DNA of 64,000 nucleotides from an uncultured Candidatus Saccharibacteria bacterium. Its GTDB lineage: Bacteria; Patescibacteriota; Saccharimonadia; Saccharimonadales; JACDBH01. Location of the stretch: positions 12,729 to 76,728 of the forward strand of contig CAZXOA010000001.1 of the NCBI GenBank assembly GCA_964642275.1. The letters run 5' to 3'. The notes under the pieces are model-generated. The model made no database searches, was not told the origin of the DNA, and worked only from the letters and a program-made list of their open reading frames with translations. Positions 27,457 to 37,786 of this stretch are shown one piece after another; positions within the stretch are counted from its first letter, which is position 1, and every line of letters starts with the position of its first letter. The position numbers and the translations under genes were made by a program.

Positions 27457-27993
27457 ATGCTGAATTACATTATGAGCGTAATACCCCGCCCTTCGAAGTG
27501 CAAAATGACAGTAGAAGATGGCAGACCAAAAAAACTTGCAGAGAGCGTAGTATCTCGTTTTGTGCACAAGTATTGGTCTTCACAGCAGTATAATCATTTG
27601 CCGCAAGTGGTCACTATTGATAGCCTCAGGCTTTTTGGGCAATCCCTAGGAGTCATAGGCCCTCAAAGGGTTGCGAATAACGGCCGCCATGCAACGTATG
27701 CTCAGGGCTTATATACTTGGGCCCAAGAAAGAGGAGAATGCGCATATTGTGATACGCCTGTCCATCCGATGGCCAATATGCACGCTGATCACATAGTTCC
27801 CCATCATGAAGGCGGTAAAACAGAGGTAGAGAATCTGGCCTGCGCTTGTAAGGACTGTAACATTGCAAAGGGAAATTGGGATGCCGAATACTACTTGAGC
27901 CAGCTTCAAATAGGAGGCGTGGGCTGGCGTCAGCAACGACTAGTGCAGCAGCAAAAGTATTTTGCTGAGCGGCAGTGGCAGCCTTGGGCTTAA
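27457..27993 (+). CDS. HNH endonuclease
   Basis: HNH motif CAYCDTPVHPMANMHADHIVPHHEGGKTEVENLACACKDCNIAKGN. The start is uncertain; internal Met at 27505. Confidence 0.7.
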   Translation: MLNYIMSVIPRPSKCKMTVEDGRPKKLAESVVSRFVHKYWSSQQYNHLPQVVTIDSLRLFGQSLGVIGPQRVANNGRHATYAQGLYTWAQERGECAYCDTPVHPMANMHADHIVPHHEGGKTEVENLACACKDCNIAKGNWDAEYYLSQLQIGGVGWRQQRLVQQQKYFAERQWQPWA

Positions 27994-28832
27994 ATAATCA
28001 AAGAGGTAGTGATGGACTCGTAGGGTTTGGTGGGGTTTTGCATCCAGAAGACTGCCGCTCGTGCTGAGATATCTGGCTGCCAGTGACGGTTGTCATCTGG
28101 CATTTTGGTAGAGCTGACCATTCCTCTATGAGCCACGACAACGGTGTCCTGCTCTTTGGTGATGATTGTAGCTTGTTGTATATCTTTTGTCAGGCTGTGC
28201 AAAGCCTGAGCCAGGAGCATGAGGCCCATATCGTGTAAAAAAGGTGTTTCGAACTTGTGGTGTACAGCCAATTTCTGTAGCTGTGGCATGTCTGGCGCTA
28301 CGGCAGTCAATTCCCTGTTAAACAGAAGTTCCGGGTGCATCAGGAAATAGTCGACGGCGTCTTGGCTGACAAGAAGCGGCCCGCGGTATTTTCTGACAAA
28401 GTTTTCCAGTACAACCGCTGTTTCTGAGTTTTTACCAAAATCACCCGCCAGCAAAACTGTGTCTGACCAGCTGGCCCAGACAAGGAGCTCGTCCAGCGCA
28501 TTGCGTGCAAAACTGCCGCTAGGAGTGCTTGGGGCAAACTCGTATGGTCCAAGAGGCCCAACAGTCTTTCTAAGGGCGTCGGGTAGGACGAGCCGGATAT
28601 GGCCTGCCCCGCTTTTTTCGGCTGCGCTGTAGGCTTCGCCCACCGAGGCAAAACCATGGAGGTTCCCGCCAATGATAAGCAGCTTGCCCGCGCCGTGCTT
28701 GGTCTCTGGCCGGCTCCAAAGAATGTCCTCAAACAGGGGTTTGCTAGCGGTCTGTTTCTGCCAGTATTCTTGCATACGTCTCAGTATCAGGCAGATAACA
28801 CAGTTCGGCAAGCTGTTTGAAGTTGTAGCCAA
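27990..28832 (-). CDS. YjeF C-terminal-like carbohydrate-kinase-fold protein (putative NAD(P)HX dehydratase family)
   Basis: GAGKLLIIGGNLHGFASVGEAYSAAEKSGAGHIRLVLP matches the YjeF_C N-terminal signature. The C-terminal ATP-site motif is divergent. Confidence 0.45.
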   Translation of the reverse strand: MATTSNSLPNCVICLILRRMQEYWQKQTASKPLFEDILWSRPETKHGAGKLLIIGGNLHGFASVGEAYSAAEKSGAGHIRLVLPDALRKTVGPLGPYEFAPSTPSGSFARNALDELLVWASWSDTVLLAGDFGKNSETAVVLENFVRKYRGPLLVSQDAVDYFLMHPELLFNRELTAVAPDMPQLQKLAVHHKFETPFLHDMGLMLLAQALHSLTKDIQQATIITKEQDTVVVAHRGMVSSTKMPDDNRHWQPDISARAAVFWMQNPTKPYESITTSLII

Positions 28833-28945
28833 TCTGCGTCATATGTATCAAGACCACCCTTCACAAGACAATTAGGTGGGATGATTCAGCTTGCGTCTTT
28901 GGCTATTTGGGCGTATAAATTGTTTTATAGTGCTTAATTAAGGAG

Positions 28946-29608
28946 GTGCGTATGATCGTAGCAGCAACATTACTTGTTGCCATAGGCGTTGTGGTGAGCT
29001 TGCTCGGCGCAAAGCTATTCAAATTACTACTACCAATTTTCGGGTTGGTGACCGGCTCAATGGTCGGTTTCATTGGCTTCCAGGCTGTTTTCGGCTCAAA
29101 TGCCGTCAGCACAGCATTGGCCATTGTCGTAGCGTTGGTTGTGGGGCTGGTTTTTGCCGTCATGTCATATCTGTTTTTTGATCTTGCTGCAACCTTCATC
29201 ATCATTGCTCTTGGCGCAGTGGCTTTTTCGTATCTGGGCGTCGCGCTTGGACTGAATGAGCAAGGGTTTGTGGTGTTTCTGCTAGGTCTTGCTGGTGCAA
29301 TACTTGCAGGGATCTATGCAACCAGCACTGCCATGAGCATCAGACTGGTCGTCACGGTTACCTCGCTTCTCGGTGTAGCTTATATTTTGACAGGACTCAT
29401 GCTAGTGGTCGGGGATGTTACTCTGGCAGACTTGCACGAGGCGGGCATCGTGCGGACACTACTATCTGTCGTTGACCAGTCGTTCCTGTGGTTCCTTGTA
29501 TGGGTTGGGGGCTCATTAGTTGCTGCGCAGGCGCAATACCGTCTGGCGCTGGCTTCATTTGCCGCCAATGCCTTTGAGTACATTGAGCGTACACCCACTA
29601 AGAAATAA
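28946..29608 (+). CDS. hypothetical polytopic membrane protein
   Basis: 220-aa ORF with about six hydrophobic helices. The start codon is preceded by AGGAGG. Confidence 0.4.
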   Translation: MRMIVAATLLVAIGVVVSLLGAKLFKLLLPIFGLVTGSMVGFIGFQAVFGSNAVSTALAIVVALVVGLVFAVMSYLFFDLAATFIIIALGAVAFSYLGVALGLNEQGFVVFLLGLAGAILAGIYATSTAMSIRLVVTVTSLLGVAYILTGLMLVVGDVTLADLHEAGIVRTLLSVVDQSFLWFLVWVGGSLVAAQAQYRLALASFAANAFEYIERTPTKK

Positions 29609-29627
29609 GAATTAACGAGGAGAAAAT

Positions 29628-29954
29628 ATGGCAAAGCAAACAACAAGACAACACACAATTATTCGCCTCAAGGCGTCATCATGGGCAACCTTCCAGGGTA
29701 GCTTTGCGGCTATTATAGGGCTTGGCGTTGCAATCCTGCATAGCCTTGACTCTGTCGTGGCAATGGCAGAAGCAACCGATAGCGTGCTCCGTGGCATGGC
29801 GTTCGGGCTTGCAACGGGCATAGTCAGTATTATCGTAGTGCCGCTTATTTACTTTGCACTTGGCTGGCTGTTCGGCATTGTACAGGCATGGATTTTTAAC
29901 ACCGTGCTTGGTGTAGCTGGCGGTCTGGTTGTCGAGACCGGAGACGAAAAGTAG
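29628..29954 (+). CDS. small hypothetical membrane protein
   Basis: 108-aa ORF with GGAG upstream and two or three TM helices. Confidence 0.35.
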   Translation: MAKQTTRQHTIIRLKASSWATFQGSFAAIIGLGVAILHSLDSVVAMAEATDSVLRGMAFGLATGIVSIIVVPLIYFALGWLFGIVQAWIFNTVLGVAGGLVVETGDEK

Positions 29955-29957
29955 TCT

Positions 29958-30464
29958 ATGCCCCAGTCCGGCGCACAATCCCTGCAGATAACGGACAGAG
30001 GTCTCTCTCTGCGTATTGTGCAGTCGGGCGCATTTGTCTTTTTGATCTGCGCTTTTGTCAGTATCTTGTTCCTGGCAGTTTTGGGATTACAGACAAGGAC
30101 TGAGCGTGTTGTCCTGCTCGGTTTATGGGCCGCACTGCTCCTTATGTGGGCAGGCGGATCGGCCATGGCGTGGGTCAAGCGCGGCAAAGAGCAGTATTTT
30201 CTTATGCCGGAAGCGGTTGTCGTGTCCCGGCAGGGCTTCATGCACGGACAGGAAGAGCTGTTCCGCTACGATTCGATTCTATCTGTACGAGTAAAGCAAA
30301 CTATGTTTGGCAAGCGTCACGGCTATGGAGATATCATACTGTCTATTCCCCGGTTGCACGGCCAGGTTGTTCTGCGCGACGTTTTGCAGCCGCAGCAATG
30401 CGCAGTTGAGATCAAAAAGCATATTGGCAGCCGCAGCACTAGCCCCAGTTCGCTTATAAGCTGA
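29958..30464 (+). CDS. bacterial PH-domain (bPH_2, YdbS/YdbT-like) membrane protein
   Basis: Two N-terminal TM helices followed by the characteristic FRYDSILSVRVKQTMFGKRHGYGDIILSI block. Confidence 0.5.
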   Translation: MPQSGAQSLQITDRGLSLRIVQSGAFVFLICAFVSILFLAVLGLQTRTERVVLLGLWAALLLMWAGGSAMAWVKRGKEQYFLMPEAVVVSRQGFMHGQEELFRYDSILSVRVKQTMFGKRHGYGDIILSIPRLHGQVVLRDVLQPQQCAVEIKKHIGSRSTSPSSLIS

Positions 30465-30607
30465 GCTATAGTTAAGGAGCCGCAAAATCCCCCGCCTAAT
30501 GGTCTGGGGGATTTTTGTTGGTGTTAGTTCTGCACGGGCTCCTCTTGTGGGTATAAATACCGAACTTTTTCAGGAAACTTTCAGCATAGTGGCGTACAGT
30601 AATACCC

Positions 30608-31279
30608 ATGCGAGTATTAGTTGCAGAAGATGAGCCGAAAATTTCCCGGAGCATAAAGAAAGGGCTTGAGGCAGAAACCTTCAGTGTGGATGTGGTCGAA
30701 GATGGCGATAGCGCGCTGAGTTACGGACGCAGCCCTGAGTACGACATTATTGTTATGGACTGGATGCTGCCCGGCAGTATTGACGGCCAGCAGGCTACCA
30801 AGTTGTTGCGCGATGAGGGTATCAAGACGCCGATTCTGATGCTGACGGCCCGCGATGGTATTGAGCACAAAGTAACAGGGCTCAATAATGGTGCCGATGA
30901 TTATCTTTCAAAACCGTTTGCCTTTGACGAGTTAGTCGCGCGGCTGTACGCCCTCCTACGTCGGCCGCGCGATTTACTTGGCAAGGCGATTCTGGCCGGC
31001 CGTCTGGCGCTTGATCCTGTGAGCAAGCGTGTTACCTGCAATGGCGAGGATATCGAACTGACTGCAAAAGAGTTTGCATTGCTCGAGTACCTTATGCGCC
31101 GCGCAGGCACAGTGGTCAGTAAAGATGAGCTTATCATGCATGTGTGGAGCGATGACGACAACGTACTGCCGAATACCGTCGAAGTGTATATTGGCTACCT
31201 CAGAAACAAGATAGACAAACCCTACAAAACCGATGTTATCCAGACACGGCGCGGCTTTGGCTATATAATCAATCCCTAG
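30608..31279 (+). CDS. OmpR-family response regulator
   Basis: Receiver domain plus a winged-helix trans_reg_C domain (LTAKEFALLEYLMRRAGTVVSKDELIMHVW). Confidence 0.85.
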   Translation: MRVLVAEDEPKISRSIKKGLEAETFSVDVVEDGDSALSYGRSPEYDIIVMDWMLPGSIDGQQATKLLRDEGIKTPILMLTARDGIEHKVTGLNNGADDYLSKPFAFDELVARLYALLRRPRDLLGKAILAGRLALDPVSKRVTCNGEDIELTAKEFALLEYLMRRAGTVVSKDELIMHVWSDDDNVLPNTVEVYIGYLRNKIDKPYKTDVIQTRRGFGYIINP

Positions 31280-31280
31280 T

Positions 31281-32309
31281 ATGTCTATCCCTGCTTTTAC
31301 TATTACCTCGGCTCGGCTGAGACTGGCATTAACCTATCTATCGATCATAATGATCCTGAGCCTTGGGTTCAGTGGGGTGTTTTATTATCAATCGGTCGAT
31401 GAAGCACGGCGCAATCTGCAACGTCAGCAGGTGCAGCTGCGCGAGTATCTCTACTTTGCGACTCCTGAGGGCATCCAGACTATACAGGACAGGCAGCTTT
31501 CTCTGTTTCGTAACAATCTTATAAAGCGCTTGGCAGCGGCAAATGCTGGCATGCTGTTGCTAGGCGCTGGTGTGAGCTACATCTTGGCGCGGCGGAGCTT
31601 GCGTCCGCTTGAGGAGGCTCTACAGGCACAGAGCCGCTTTACGAGCGATGCAGCACATGAGCTGCGCACGCCGCTAACCGCCATGAAGACCGAAATCGAG
31701 GTCGGCCTGCGTGCAAAGACTATCAAGACCAGCGAAGCCAAAGAGATACTCACGAGCAACCTCGAAGAGATTGCCAAGCTGGAGGTCCTCACATCTGCCC
31801 TGCTTCGTCTGGCAAAAAGCAGCGAAACGATAGACAAGTCGCAGTGGAAAGATTATAGGCTCGATGATGTACTGCATACTGCTGAGGCGCGTGTGGCAAA
31901 CAGGGCTAAGGCTCGGAATATTACACTTCAGCGTCAGAAAACCAAGCTCGTCGTGCATGGCGATCCGGATCAGTTGACCGAGCTGTTTGTGACGCTGCTG
32001 GCAAACGCAGTCAAATACAGCCACGAAAACGCAAAAGTTCAGATAACTGCTGCCAGAAAAGACGATAAAATTCGGGTAGATATCATCGACAAAGGCATCG
32101 GCATTGCCGAAGTCGACCTGCCGCATATTTTTGACCGCTTTTACCGTGCGGATTTGTCACGTAACAAAACCAAGGCCAACGGCTATGGCCTGGGCCTCAG
32201 CCTTGCTCGCGCCATTGCCGACGCGCACGGCGCAGAAATTAATGTAAAGAGCGAATACGGCAAAGGCTCGACCTTCACCGTCGAACTGCCAAGGGCCGAC
32301 TTGGTTTAG
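31281..32309 (+). CDS. sensor histidine kinase (HAMP-like, HisKA, HATPase_c)
   Basis: H-box AAHELRTPLTAMKTEIEV, G-box GLGLSLARAI. The start codon is 2 nt after the response regulator stop. Confidence 0.8.
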   Translation: MSIPAFTITSARLRLALTYLSIIMILSLGFSGVFYYQSVDEARRNLQRQQVQLREYLYFATPEGIQTIQDRQLSLFRNNLIKRLAAANAGMLLLGAGVSYILARRSLRPLEEALQAQSRFTSDAAHELRTPLTAMKTEIEVGLRAKTIKTSEAKEILTSNLEEIAKLEVLTSALLRLAKSSETIDKSQWKDYRLDDVLHTAEARVANRAKARNITLQRQKTKLVVHGDPDQLTELFVTLLANAVKYSHENAKVQITAARKDDKIRVDIIDKGIGIAEVDLPHIFDRFYRADLSRNKTKANGYGLGLSLARAIADAHGAEINVKSEYGKGSTFTVELPRADLV

Positions 32310-33100
32310 GTTAGTTTAATACTTACTGGGCAGTGATCGCTGCCCATTTGATCAGGATGGATTTCGGCACTTTTGACTTTTGACTTGATAGACTTTGAGA
32401 CCAAGAAATAATCAATTCTCCAGCCGACGTTGCGTTCGCGGCTTTTGGCAAAATGGCTCCACCAGGTGTAGTAGCCATTGCCTTGCTTAAACATGCGGAA
32501 GGTATCAACGAACCCGGCCGCCAGCCAGTTGTCGAAGCCTTCGCGCTCTTCCATTGTGAAGCCCTTCTTGCCTTTGTTTGGTTTGGGGTTAGCGAGGTCG
32601 TCTTCGGTGTGCGCGACATTCATATCACCGCAGTAGATGACCGGCTTTTTCTTCTGCAGATCTGCACAGTACAACATGACCGCCTTATCCCATTGTCGGC
32701 GCAGCGGCAGGCGCGTGAGATCATCTTTGGCATTCGGCGTATAGGCCGTCACAATATAAAATTCGTCAAACTCAGCGGCAATCACTCTGCCTTCGTCATT
32801 GCTCTGGCCGTAATTATCGTTGACTAGCCCGCCTGCCTTTACAAATTCCTCCGGAATATCGTTAATGATCGCCAGCGGCTTAATCTTGGTGAAAATCGCT
32901 GTACCGCTATAGCCCTTTCTGGCCCTTGACGAGTTCCAGTATTCCTCGTACTCGGGCAGATCTATCTCGGCCTGCCCCTGCTCTGCTTTGGTTTCGTTCA
33001 GGCACAGAATATCTGGCCGATGCTCAGCCATAAACTTCTGAAACTCGCCCTTTTTAATAACCGCTCGGATTCCATTCACATTCCACGCATATATTTTCAT
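32306..33100 (-). CDS. xth: exodeoxyribonuclease III (AP endonuclease)
   Basis: EEP-family motifs (MKIYAWNVNGIRA...; SDHCPV). Confidence 0.85.
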   Translation of the reverse strand: MKIYAWNVNGIRAVIKKGEFQKFMAEHRPDILCLNETKAEQGQAEIDLPEYEEYWNSSRARKGYSGTAIFTKIKPLAIINDIPEEFVKAGGLVNDNYGQSNDEGRVIAAEFDEFYIVTAYTPNAKDDLTRLPLRRQWDKAVMLYCADLQKKKPVIYCGDMNVAHTEDDLANPKPNKGKKGFTMEEREGFDNWLAAGFVDTFRMFKQGNGYYTWWSHFAKSRERNVGWRIDYFLVSKSIKSKVKSAEIHPDQMGSDHCPVSIKLT

Positions 33101-33150
33101 ATATACAGTGTACCAAATTGCTAATTAATAATAATTAGGTTATAATATTT

Positions 33151-33714
33151 ATGATGTTAGAACTCTGGACAAACCAAACTATGCATGGGTCAAGGTTTAA
33201 GCTGAATGCCGACGGCTTGAAAGATGAGCCAATAGCCGAATCGTTTTGCACTAAGCCTTTCCCTACTCATGCACGTATTGATGGGGATAATATTTTCTTT
33301 GGCAAGCTCACAGACTCTAATCAGGAGAGATTGGAGCACCAGGCGGAGGGCAGTATTGTTTGGCAGCATCACGATGCACTTCTGCAGGTAACCTTGCAGT
33401 GGACTGGTGCGCAAACTGGCTTGGTGCTATGCCCGGATGGCAGAGGGTCTTTTAGTCCGGTGAGGGCTCGGTTCAAGAAAAGTGTAAACGCGGTTCGTAT
33501 GAGATCTTTCAGGCATGGTACGGAATTGGCATTTGGCTATATGCCATCCATTGGCGCCGAGCTGGATACTGTGTCTGTCGATTGGGGCGCGGAGAATCCA
33601 GAGCTTGCTGTAGACAGAATTGTTGATAAGCACCTGGATTTAATTGTCGAGGGGAAAATCAATCAAGTTCTAGACGGAACAATGGACCTTGCTACTCAGC
33701 CTTTGCTACACTAA
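33151..33714 (+). CDS. hypothetical protein
   Basis: 187-aa ORF immediately upstream of pyrH, with no motifs. Confidence 0.3.
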   Translation: MMLELWTNQTMHGSRFKLNADGLKDEPIAESFCTKPFPTHARIDGDNIFFGKLTDSNQERLEHQAEGSIVWQHHDALLQVTLQWTGAQTGLVLCPDGRGSFSPVRARFKKSVNAVRMRSFRHGTELAFGYMPSIGAELDTVSVDWGAENPELAVDRIVDKHLDLIVEGKINQVLDGTMDLATQPLLH

Positions 33715-34425
33715 GTGGCAATGGCATATAAACGAGTACTTTTGAAGCTGTCGGGCGAGCAGCTGGCGGGTCGCGAGGGCGGGATTGACCCGGATTTTGT
33801 GGCCTGGTTGGCCGGAGAAATCAAAAAAGCAACTGAAACAGGCGTGGAAATCGCAATTGTCGTTGGCGGCGGCAACTGGCTACGCGGGGCAACATTTGCA
33901 AAGGAAGGTATCGAACGTGCCACAGCCGACTACATGGGTATGCTGGCCACCGTTATGAACGGTATGGCGCTGGTGGATTCGCTGGAACATTTCGGCCAGC
34001 CCTGCCGCCTGCAGACCAATGTGCACATCAACCAGGTTGCCGAGCCTTTTATCCGGCGCAAAGCTATCCGGCACCTAGAGAAAAAGCGCGTAGTTATTGT
34101 GGCGGGAGGTCTTGGTAAACCATATCTGACTACCGACACTGCCGCTGCATCTGTAGCGTTGGAGCTGGATTGCGACGTCATCCTCAAAGCCACTAAGGTT
34201 GACGGTATCTACGACAAAGACCCTGCAAAGCACGGAGACGCAAAGAGATTCGATGTACTGGATTATCAGGAGGCAGTCAGAAACCCTGACGTCAAAGTCA
34301 TGGACAAGGCAGCCCTAGGTCTTGCTATGGAACAGCGTATCCCGCTGATTGTCTTTGATCTGCACCAGGACGGCAATATTCTGCGGGCGGTATCAGGCGA
34401 GTCTATCGGCACGCGGGTCGGATAA
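33715..34425 (+). CDS. pyrH: UMP kinase
   Basis: KRVLLKLSGE...VVGGGN signature of the amino-acid-kinase fold. Confidence 0.9.
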   Translation: MAMAYKRVLLKLSGEQLAGREGGIDPDFVAWLAGEIKKATETGVEIAIVVGGGNWLRGATFAKEGIERATADYMGMLATVMNGMALVDSLEHFGQPCRLQTNVHINQVAEPFIRRKAIRHLEKKRVVIVAGGLGKPYLTTDTAAASVALELDCDVILKATKVDGIYDKDPAKHGDAKRFDVLDYQEAVRNPDVKVMDKAALGLAMEQRIPLIVFDLHQDGNILRAVSGESIGTRVG

Positions 34426-34506
34426 GCACATAAGTTTTTAATGCGAAGTCCCTTATATTTTGTTGCAAAAATTGCTAAAATTGATACAGAAACAAGGAGG
34501 TGAAGT

Positions 34507-34716
34507 ATGACAACACAGGAATTTTTAGACCAGCATTTATGGTGGATAATCCCCCTTGCCCTCTGGGAGCTTGCGTGGAAAGGCTTTGCTCTCTGGAGAG
34601 CGGCGCGTAAGGGTGACAAGGGCTGGTATATTGCCCTGCTTATCATAAATTCAGCCGGCTTGCTGCCAATCCTGTATCTCTACGTATTCAGCAAGGAAAG
34701 GGACCAAAAGAACTAA
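34507..34716 (+). CDS. small PLDc_N-like membrane protein
   Basis: 69-aa two-helix protein ending LPILYLYVFSKER, typical of the PLD-nuclease N-terminal domain family. GGAGG RBS upstream. Confidence 0.45.
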   Translation: MTTQEFLDQHLWWIIPLALWELAWKGFALWRAARKGDKGWYIALLIINSAGLLPILYLYVFSKERDQKN

Positions 34717-34717
34717 G

Positions 34718-35401
34718 ATGGCAGCTACAGAAAGATCAAGACTCAACTGGCTGCGTGCCGCCATGCTTGGCGCCAATGACGGCATTGTGTCTATTGCGGC
34801 GCTCGTTGTCGGTGTGGCTGGTGCAACGCAGGACGAGCACATTATCCTCATTACCGGTATTGCTGGGTTGGTGGCGGGCGCTTTGTCTATGGCTGCCGGC
34901 GAATACATATCTGTCAGCACGCAGCGTGATGCCGAGCGGTCATACATCCGGCGCGAAAAACAGCAGCTCAAGACTGATCCGGATGGCGCCCTGCAGGAAT
35001 TGGCCGATCACTATGCCGAGAAAGGGCTTTCAAAATCCGTGGCTGCAAAGGTTGCCAAAGAACTTACCGCGCACGATGCCTTGGCGGCTCATCTGGAGAT
35101 AGAATTCGGCTTGGACGAGGATGATCTTACTAATCCCTGGCATGCAGCCTTTGCATCGGCCGTGTCATTCTCTGCTGGCGGTATTATACCGCTTATTGCG
35201 ATTCTCTTGCCGCCTATTAACATGCGTGTTGCAGTAACATATGTATCTGTGATAATTGCACTTGCCTTGGCTGGCTATATCAGCGCTAAGCTCAGTGATG
35301 CAAGCGTCAAGCGCGCTATCCGCCGCGTGGTTATTGGCGGTACATTTGCGATGACGGTGACCTATATCATCGGCCACATTTTCGGCGTGAGCATTGGATA
35401 A
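34718..35401 (+). CDS. VIT1/CCC1-family membrane metal (Fe/Mn) transporter
   Basis: N-terminal RLNWLRAAMLGANDGIVSIAALV signature of the VIT family. Confidence 0.7.
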   Translation: MAATERSRLNWLRAAMLGANDGIVSIAALVVGVAGATQDEHIILITGIAGLVAGALSMAAGEYISVSTQRDAERSYIRREKQQLKTDPDGALQELADHYAEKGLSKSVAAKVAKELTAHDALAAHLEIEFGLDEDDLTNPWHAAFASAVSFSAGGIIPLIAILLPPINMRVAVTYVSVIIALALAGYISAKLSDASVKRAIRRVVIGGTFAMTVTYIIGHIFGVSIG

Positions 35402-35553
35402 GCGCGCACGAATTTTGGGAATGGTAGTTCTCGCTTAGCCGGGGATATTTTTCCATCGTATTAGGTATACGCTTCCGAAATAGTGCCTCGTCTAAACAAA
35501 AACTACCCTTGGCCCAAAATTAGTGCTTAACAGTGGTTTTGCGGTGCTTGAGG

Positions 35554-36069
35554 CTAGAGTTTGCCCCAGTCTTTTGCAATAAGTTTCTGCCACAAGCCGC
35601 CCGCAGTTACAAACTTTTCAGGAGCGGTCTCAAGCTCCTTTAGAAGAGCTGGCTTGCTGACCCAGCGGACCTGCTCAACTTCTTCCTTTTGCAACACAAA
35701 GACTTCAACTGGCCAGTCAACAGTCGCGTGGTACGAGGCAGCATAGCGACCAGTGCCGTCTTTGTGCCAGTGATGCTGGCGGTATATCTCCTGAGGCTTG
35801 ATACCCGTCAGACCGATTTCTTCTCCGGCTTCCTTGGTGATGTTACTCAAGAACGTTTCGCCTGGCTCGAGTGTGCCCGATGCAGCTGGGCCCCATAGTC
35901 CCGGGCTATGCTTCTTTTCCCAACTCCTTTGCGCGAGTAGCACTTCGCCATGGCTGTTCTCGACCCAGAGCGCAGAGATAGCCAGAATATCCCCTGCCTC
36001 GAGTGCGTGCCTGTCTTTTTCTCCGATAAAACTTCCCTGCTTATCTGTGAGTACGCCCATATTGCTCAT
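35554..36069 (-). CDS. NUDIX hydrolase
   Basis: Nudix box GTLEPGETFLSNITKEAGEEIGL. Confidence 0.75.
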   Translation of the reverse strand: MSNMGVLTDKQGSFIGEKDRHALEAGDILAISALWVENSHGEVLLAQRSWEKKHSPGLWGPAASGTLEPGETFLSNITKEAGEEIGLTGIKPQEIYRQHHWHKDGTGRYAASYHATVDWPVEVFVLQKEEVEQVRWVSKPALLKELETAPEKFVTAGGLWQKLIAKDWGKL

Positions 36070-36524
36070 CTGAGGCTCCGGGCGGTGTCGCGGTCTTGGT
36101 CGCGTCGCTTTATCGTTTCTCGTTTATCGTATTTCTTTTTTCCTCTACCTATCGCAATCTCTAGTTTAATAAACCGGCCTTTGGTCAGAAATTTAGTCGG
36201 GACAATGGTATTGCCCTGCTTTTTTGCTTCGATGAGTTGGTCGATTTCGCGCTGCTTGAGCAGGAGTTTGCGGTTGCGTATCTGAACTTCACTGGGCAGA
36301 TTGGCGGCGTTAGTTTTGAGCGGGGTTACAAGGCTGTTCATTAACCATACTTCCCCGTCTTTTACCTGTACAAAAGCCCCTTGCAGGCTGGCATGATGTT
36401 CGCGCAGACTGCGCGTCTCTGCCCCTGTTAAGGCAATACCGGCAACATACGAATCCTTGAGATCGTAGTCAAAACTCGCCCGCTTGTTGCGGATAACACC
36501 GGTAGGTTGCTTCTTTTTTGCCAT
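36066..36524 (-). CDS. smpB: SsrA-binding protein
   Basis: SmpB family (IRNKRASFDYDL...). It overlaps NUDIX by 4 bp. Confidence 0.85.
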   Translation of the reverse strand: MAKKKQPTGVIRNKRASFDYDLKDSYVAGIALTGAETRSLREHHASLQGAFVQVKDGEVWLMNSLVTPLKTNAANLPSEVQIRNRKLLLKQREIDQLIEAKKQGNTIVPTKFLTKGRFIKLEIAIGRGKKKYDKRETIKRRDQDRDTARSLR

Positions 36525-36592
36525 AACTCCTCTATTTTACCCCTCATCTGTTATTTTTGATAGTAACAGAGGTAAAGATGATGTAAAAACGA

Positions 36593-36621
36593 TTGACAAA
36601 AGGTGCAGGCCGTGCTATAAT
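36593..36621 (+). promoter_or_regulatory. consensus promoter TTGACA-17-TATAAT giving a leaderless transcript
   Basis: The -10 hexamer ends at 36621 and the ATG is at 36629. Confidence 0.5.
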
Positions 36622-36628
36622 ACAATAT

Positions 36629-37786
36629 ATGAATACACATAAACCATTGCTTGAATCGCACTACGTCGATGCTCTCCAACGGGTGGGGTTTTCTTCCGAT
36701 CATATTGCCGAGGCACAGACGACTCGCGAAGTTCCTCTTTCTTACGGAAATGATTTAAAATTGACATATTCCCGTGTCAATGAAATGGGCGGTGATCTAA
36801 CCTTCTATATACCAGGGTTTACCGAGGGGCGCGTTGCAAAAACTCCGACTGCTCTGGCGCTTGCCGAAGTTGGTGAGGATGGGAGCCCAGGGCTCGATGT
36901 TGTATATATCGATCAGCAGCGTAAGGGCATCGCTCCACTCTCTGGGGAGGACGCACCGATAGATCCAAGGAGCAAATTCACTGGCTGGATGCGTAATCGA
37001 TTTGAAATGTTACGTGATAAGCTGACGAACTCTGATAGGCAGAAGGAGACTCCAAAAAGTGCACTTCGCGCGCAAGCTCTTGGGCTGCTGGCTGTGGTAG
37101 AAGCTGAGGCGCAACCTGACCAACGGCTTAACTTTGTGACACACAGTATGGGGTCTTTGGTTATTCAGGATGCTGTAAGGGTGGCTCAGGAGCAAGATCT
37201 GCCATATTTTGACGATGCAAACATTGTCCTGCTTACCCCGGCGGGGCTTTATGAAAGGGAATCTCTTCCCCGTATTGCGGCTCGTCTAGGCAAGAGCCTC
37301 CTCTTGGAAAACTTTTCTAGGAAGGAGTTTGAGGACCCTAAGATGGCTATGCTCAAGGCCGGTATGAAAAATCTCTTTGCCAATATACGCAAGTCATGGG
37401 CCGAGGCTCGAGCAGCGGGCAGCGAACGGCTTGATATCAAAGCCCTCTTAAGCCAAGGTATCGGCTCCCTGGCTGTTGTGTCGTATGGCGGAGATGCGGC
37501 TTATTCATACCGACACCACGAATCTATCACGGCAGCTGAGGACGGTCGCGTTGCTTGGTTGACACCGATCAGTACAGATCTTATCAAGGAGAGAAGAGTT
37601 AAGGCCGAAGCACTTATGGCTGGCAGAAATTATACCGATGTCCAGCGCGAAGCTTTCCTTAATTCCTATATGAAGCCAAAGAAGAAAGATGTCGTAAGGG
37701 GTGCGACTCATAATGATGAGCAGTTCAATCCTCGTCGTGTCGGGGGCGCAGTTAAGCAATATCTCGCGAGCAAGAAAGCTGCTTAG
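36629..37786 (+). CDS. alpha/beta-hydrolase (lipase/esterase-like) protein
   Basis: GXSXG nucleophile elbow VTHSMGSLV. The start MNTHKPL sits at the predicted TSS. Confidence 0.5.
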   Translation: MNTHKPLLESHYVDALQRVGFSSDHIAEAQTTREVPLSYGNDLKLTYSRVNEMGGDLTFYIPGFTEGRVAKTPTALALAEVGEDGSPGLDVVYIDQQRKGIAPLSGEDAPIDPRSKFTGWMRNRFEMLRDKLTNSDRQKETPKSALRAQALGLLAVVEAEAQPDQRLNFVTHSMGSLVIQDAVRVAQEQDLPYFDDANIVLLTPAGLYERESLPRIAARLGKSLLLENFSRKEFEDPKMAMLKAGMKNLFANIRKSWAEARAAGSERLDIKALLSQGIGSLAVVSYGGDAAYSYRHHESITAAEDGRVAWLTPISTDLIKERRVKAEALMAGRNYTDVQREAFLNSYMKPKKKDVVRGATHNDEQFNPRRVGGAVKQYLASKKAA

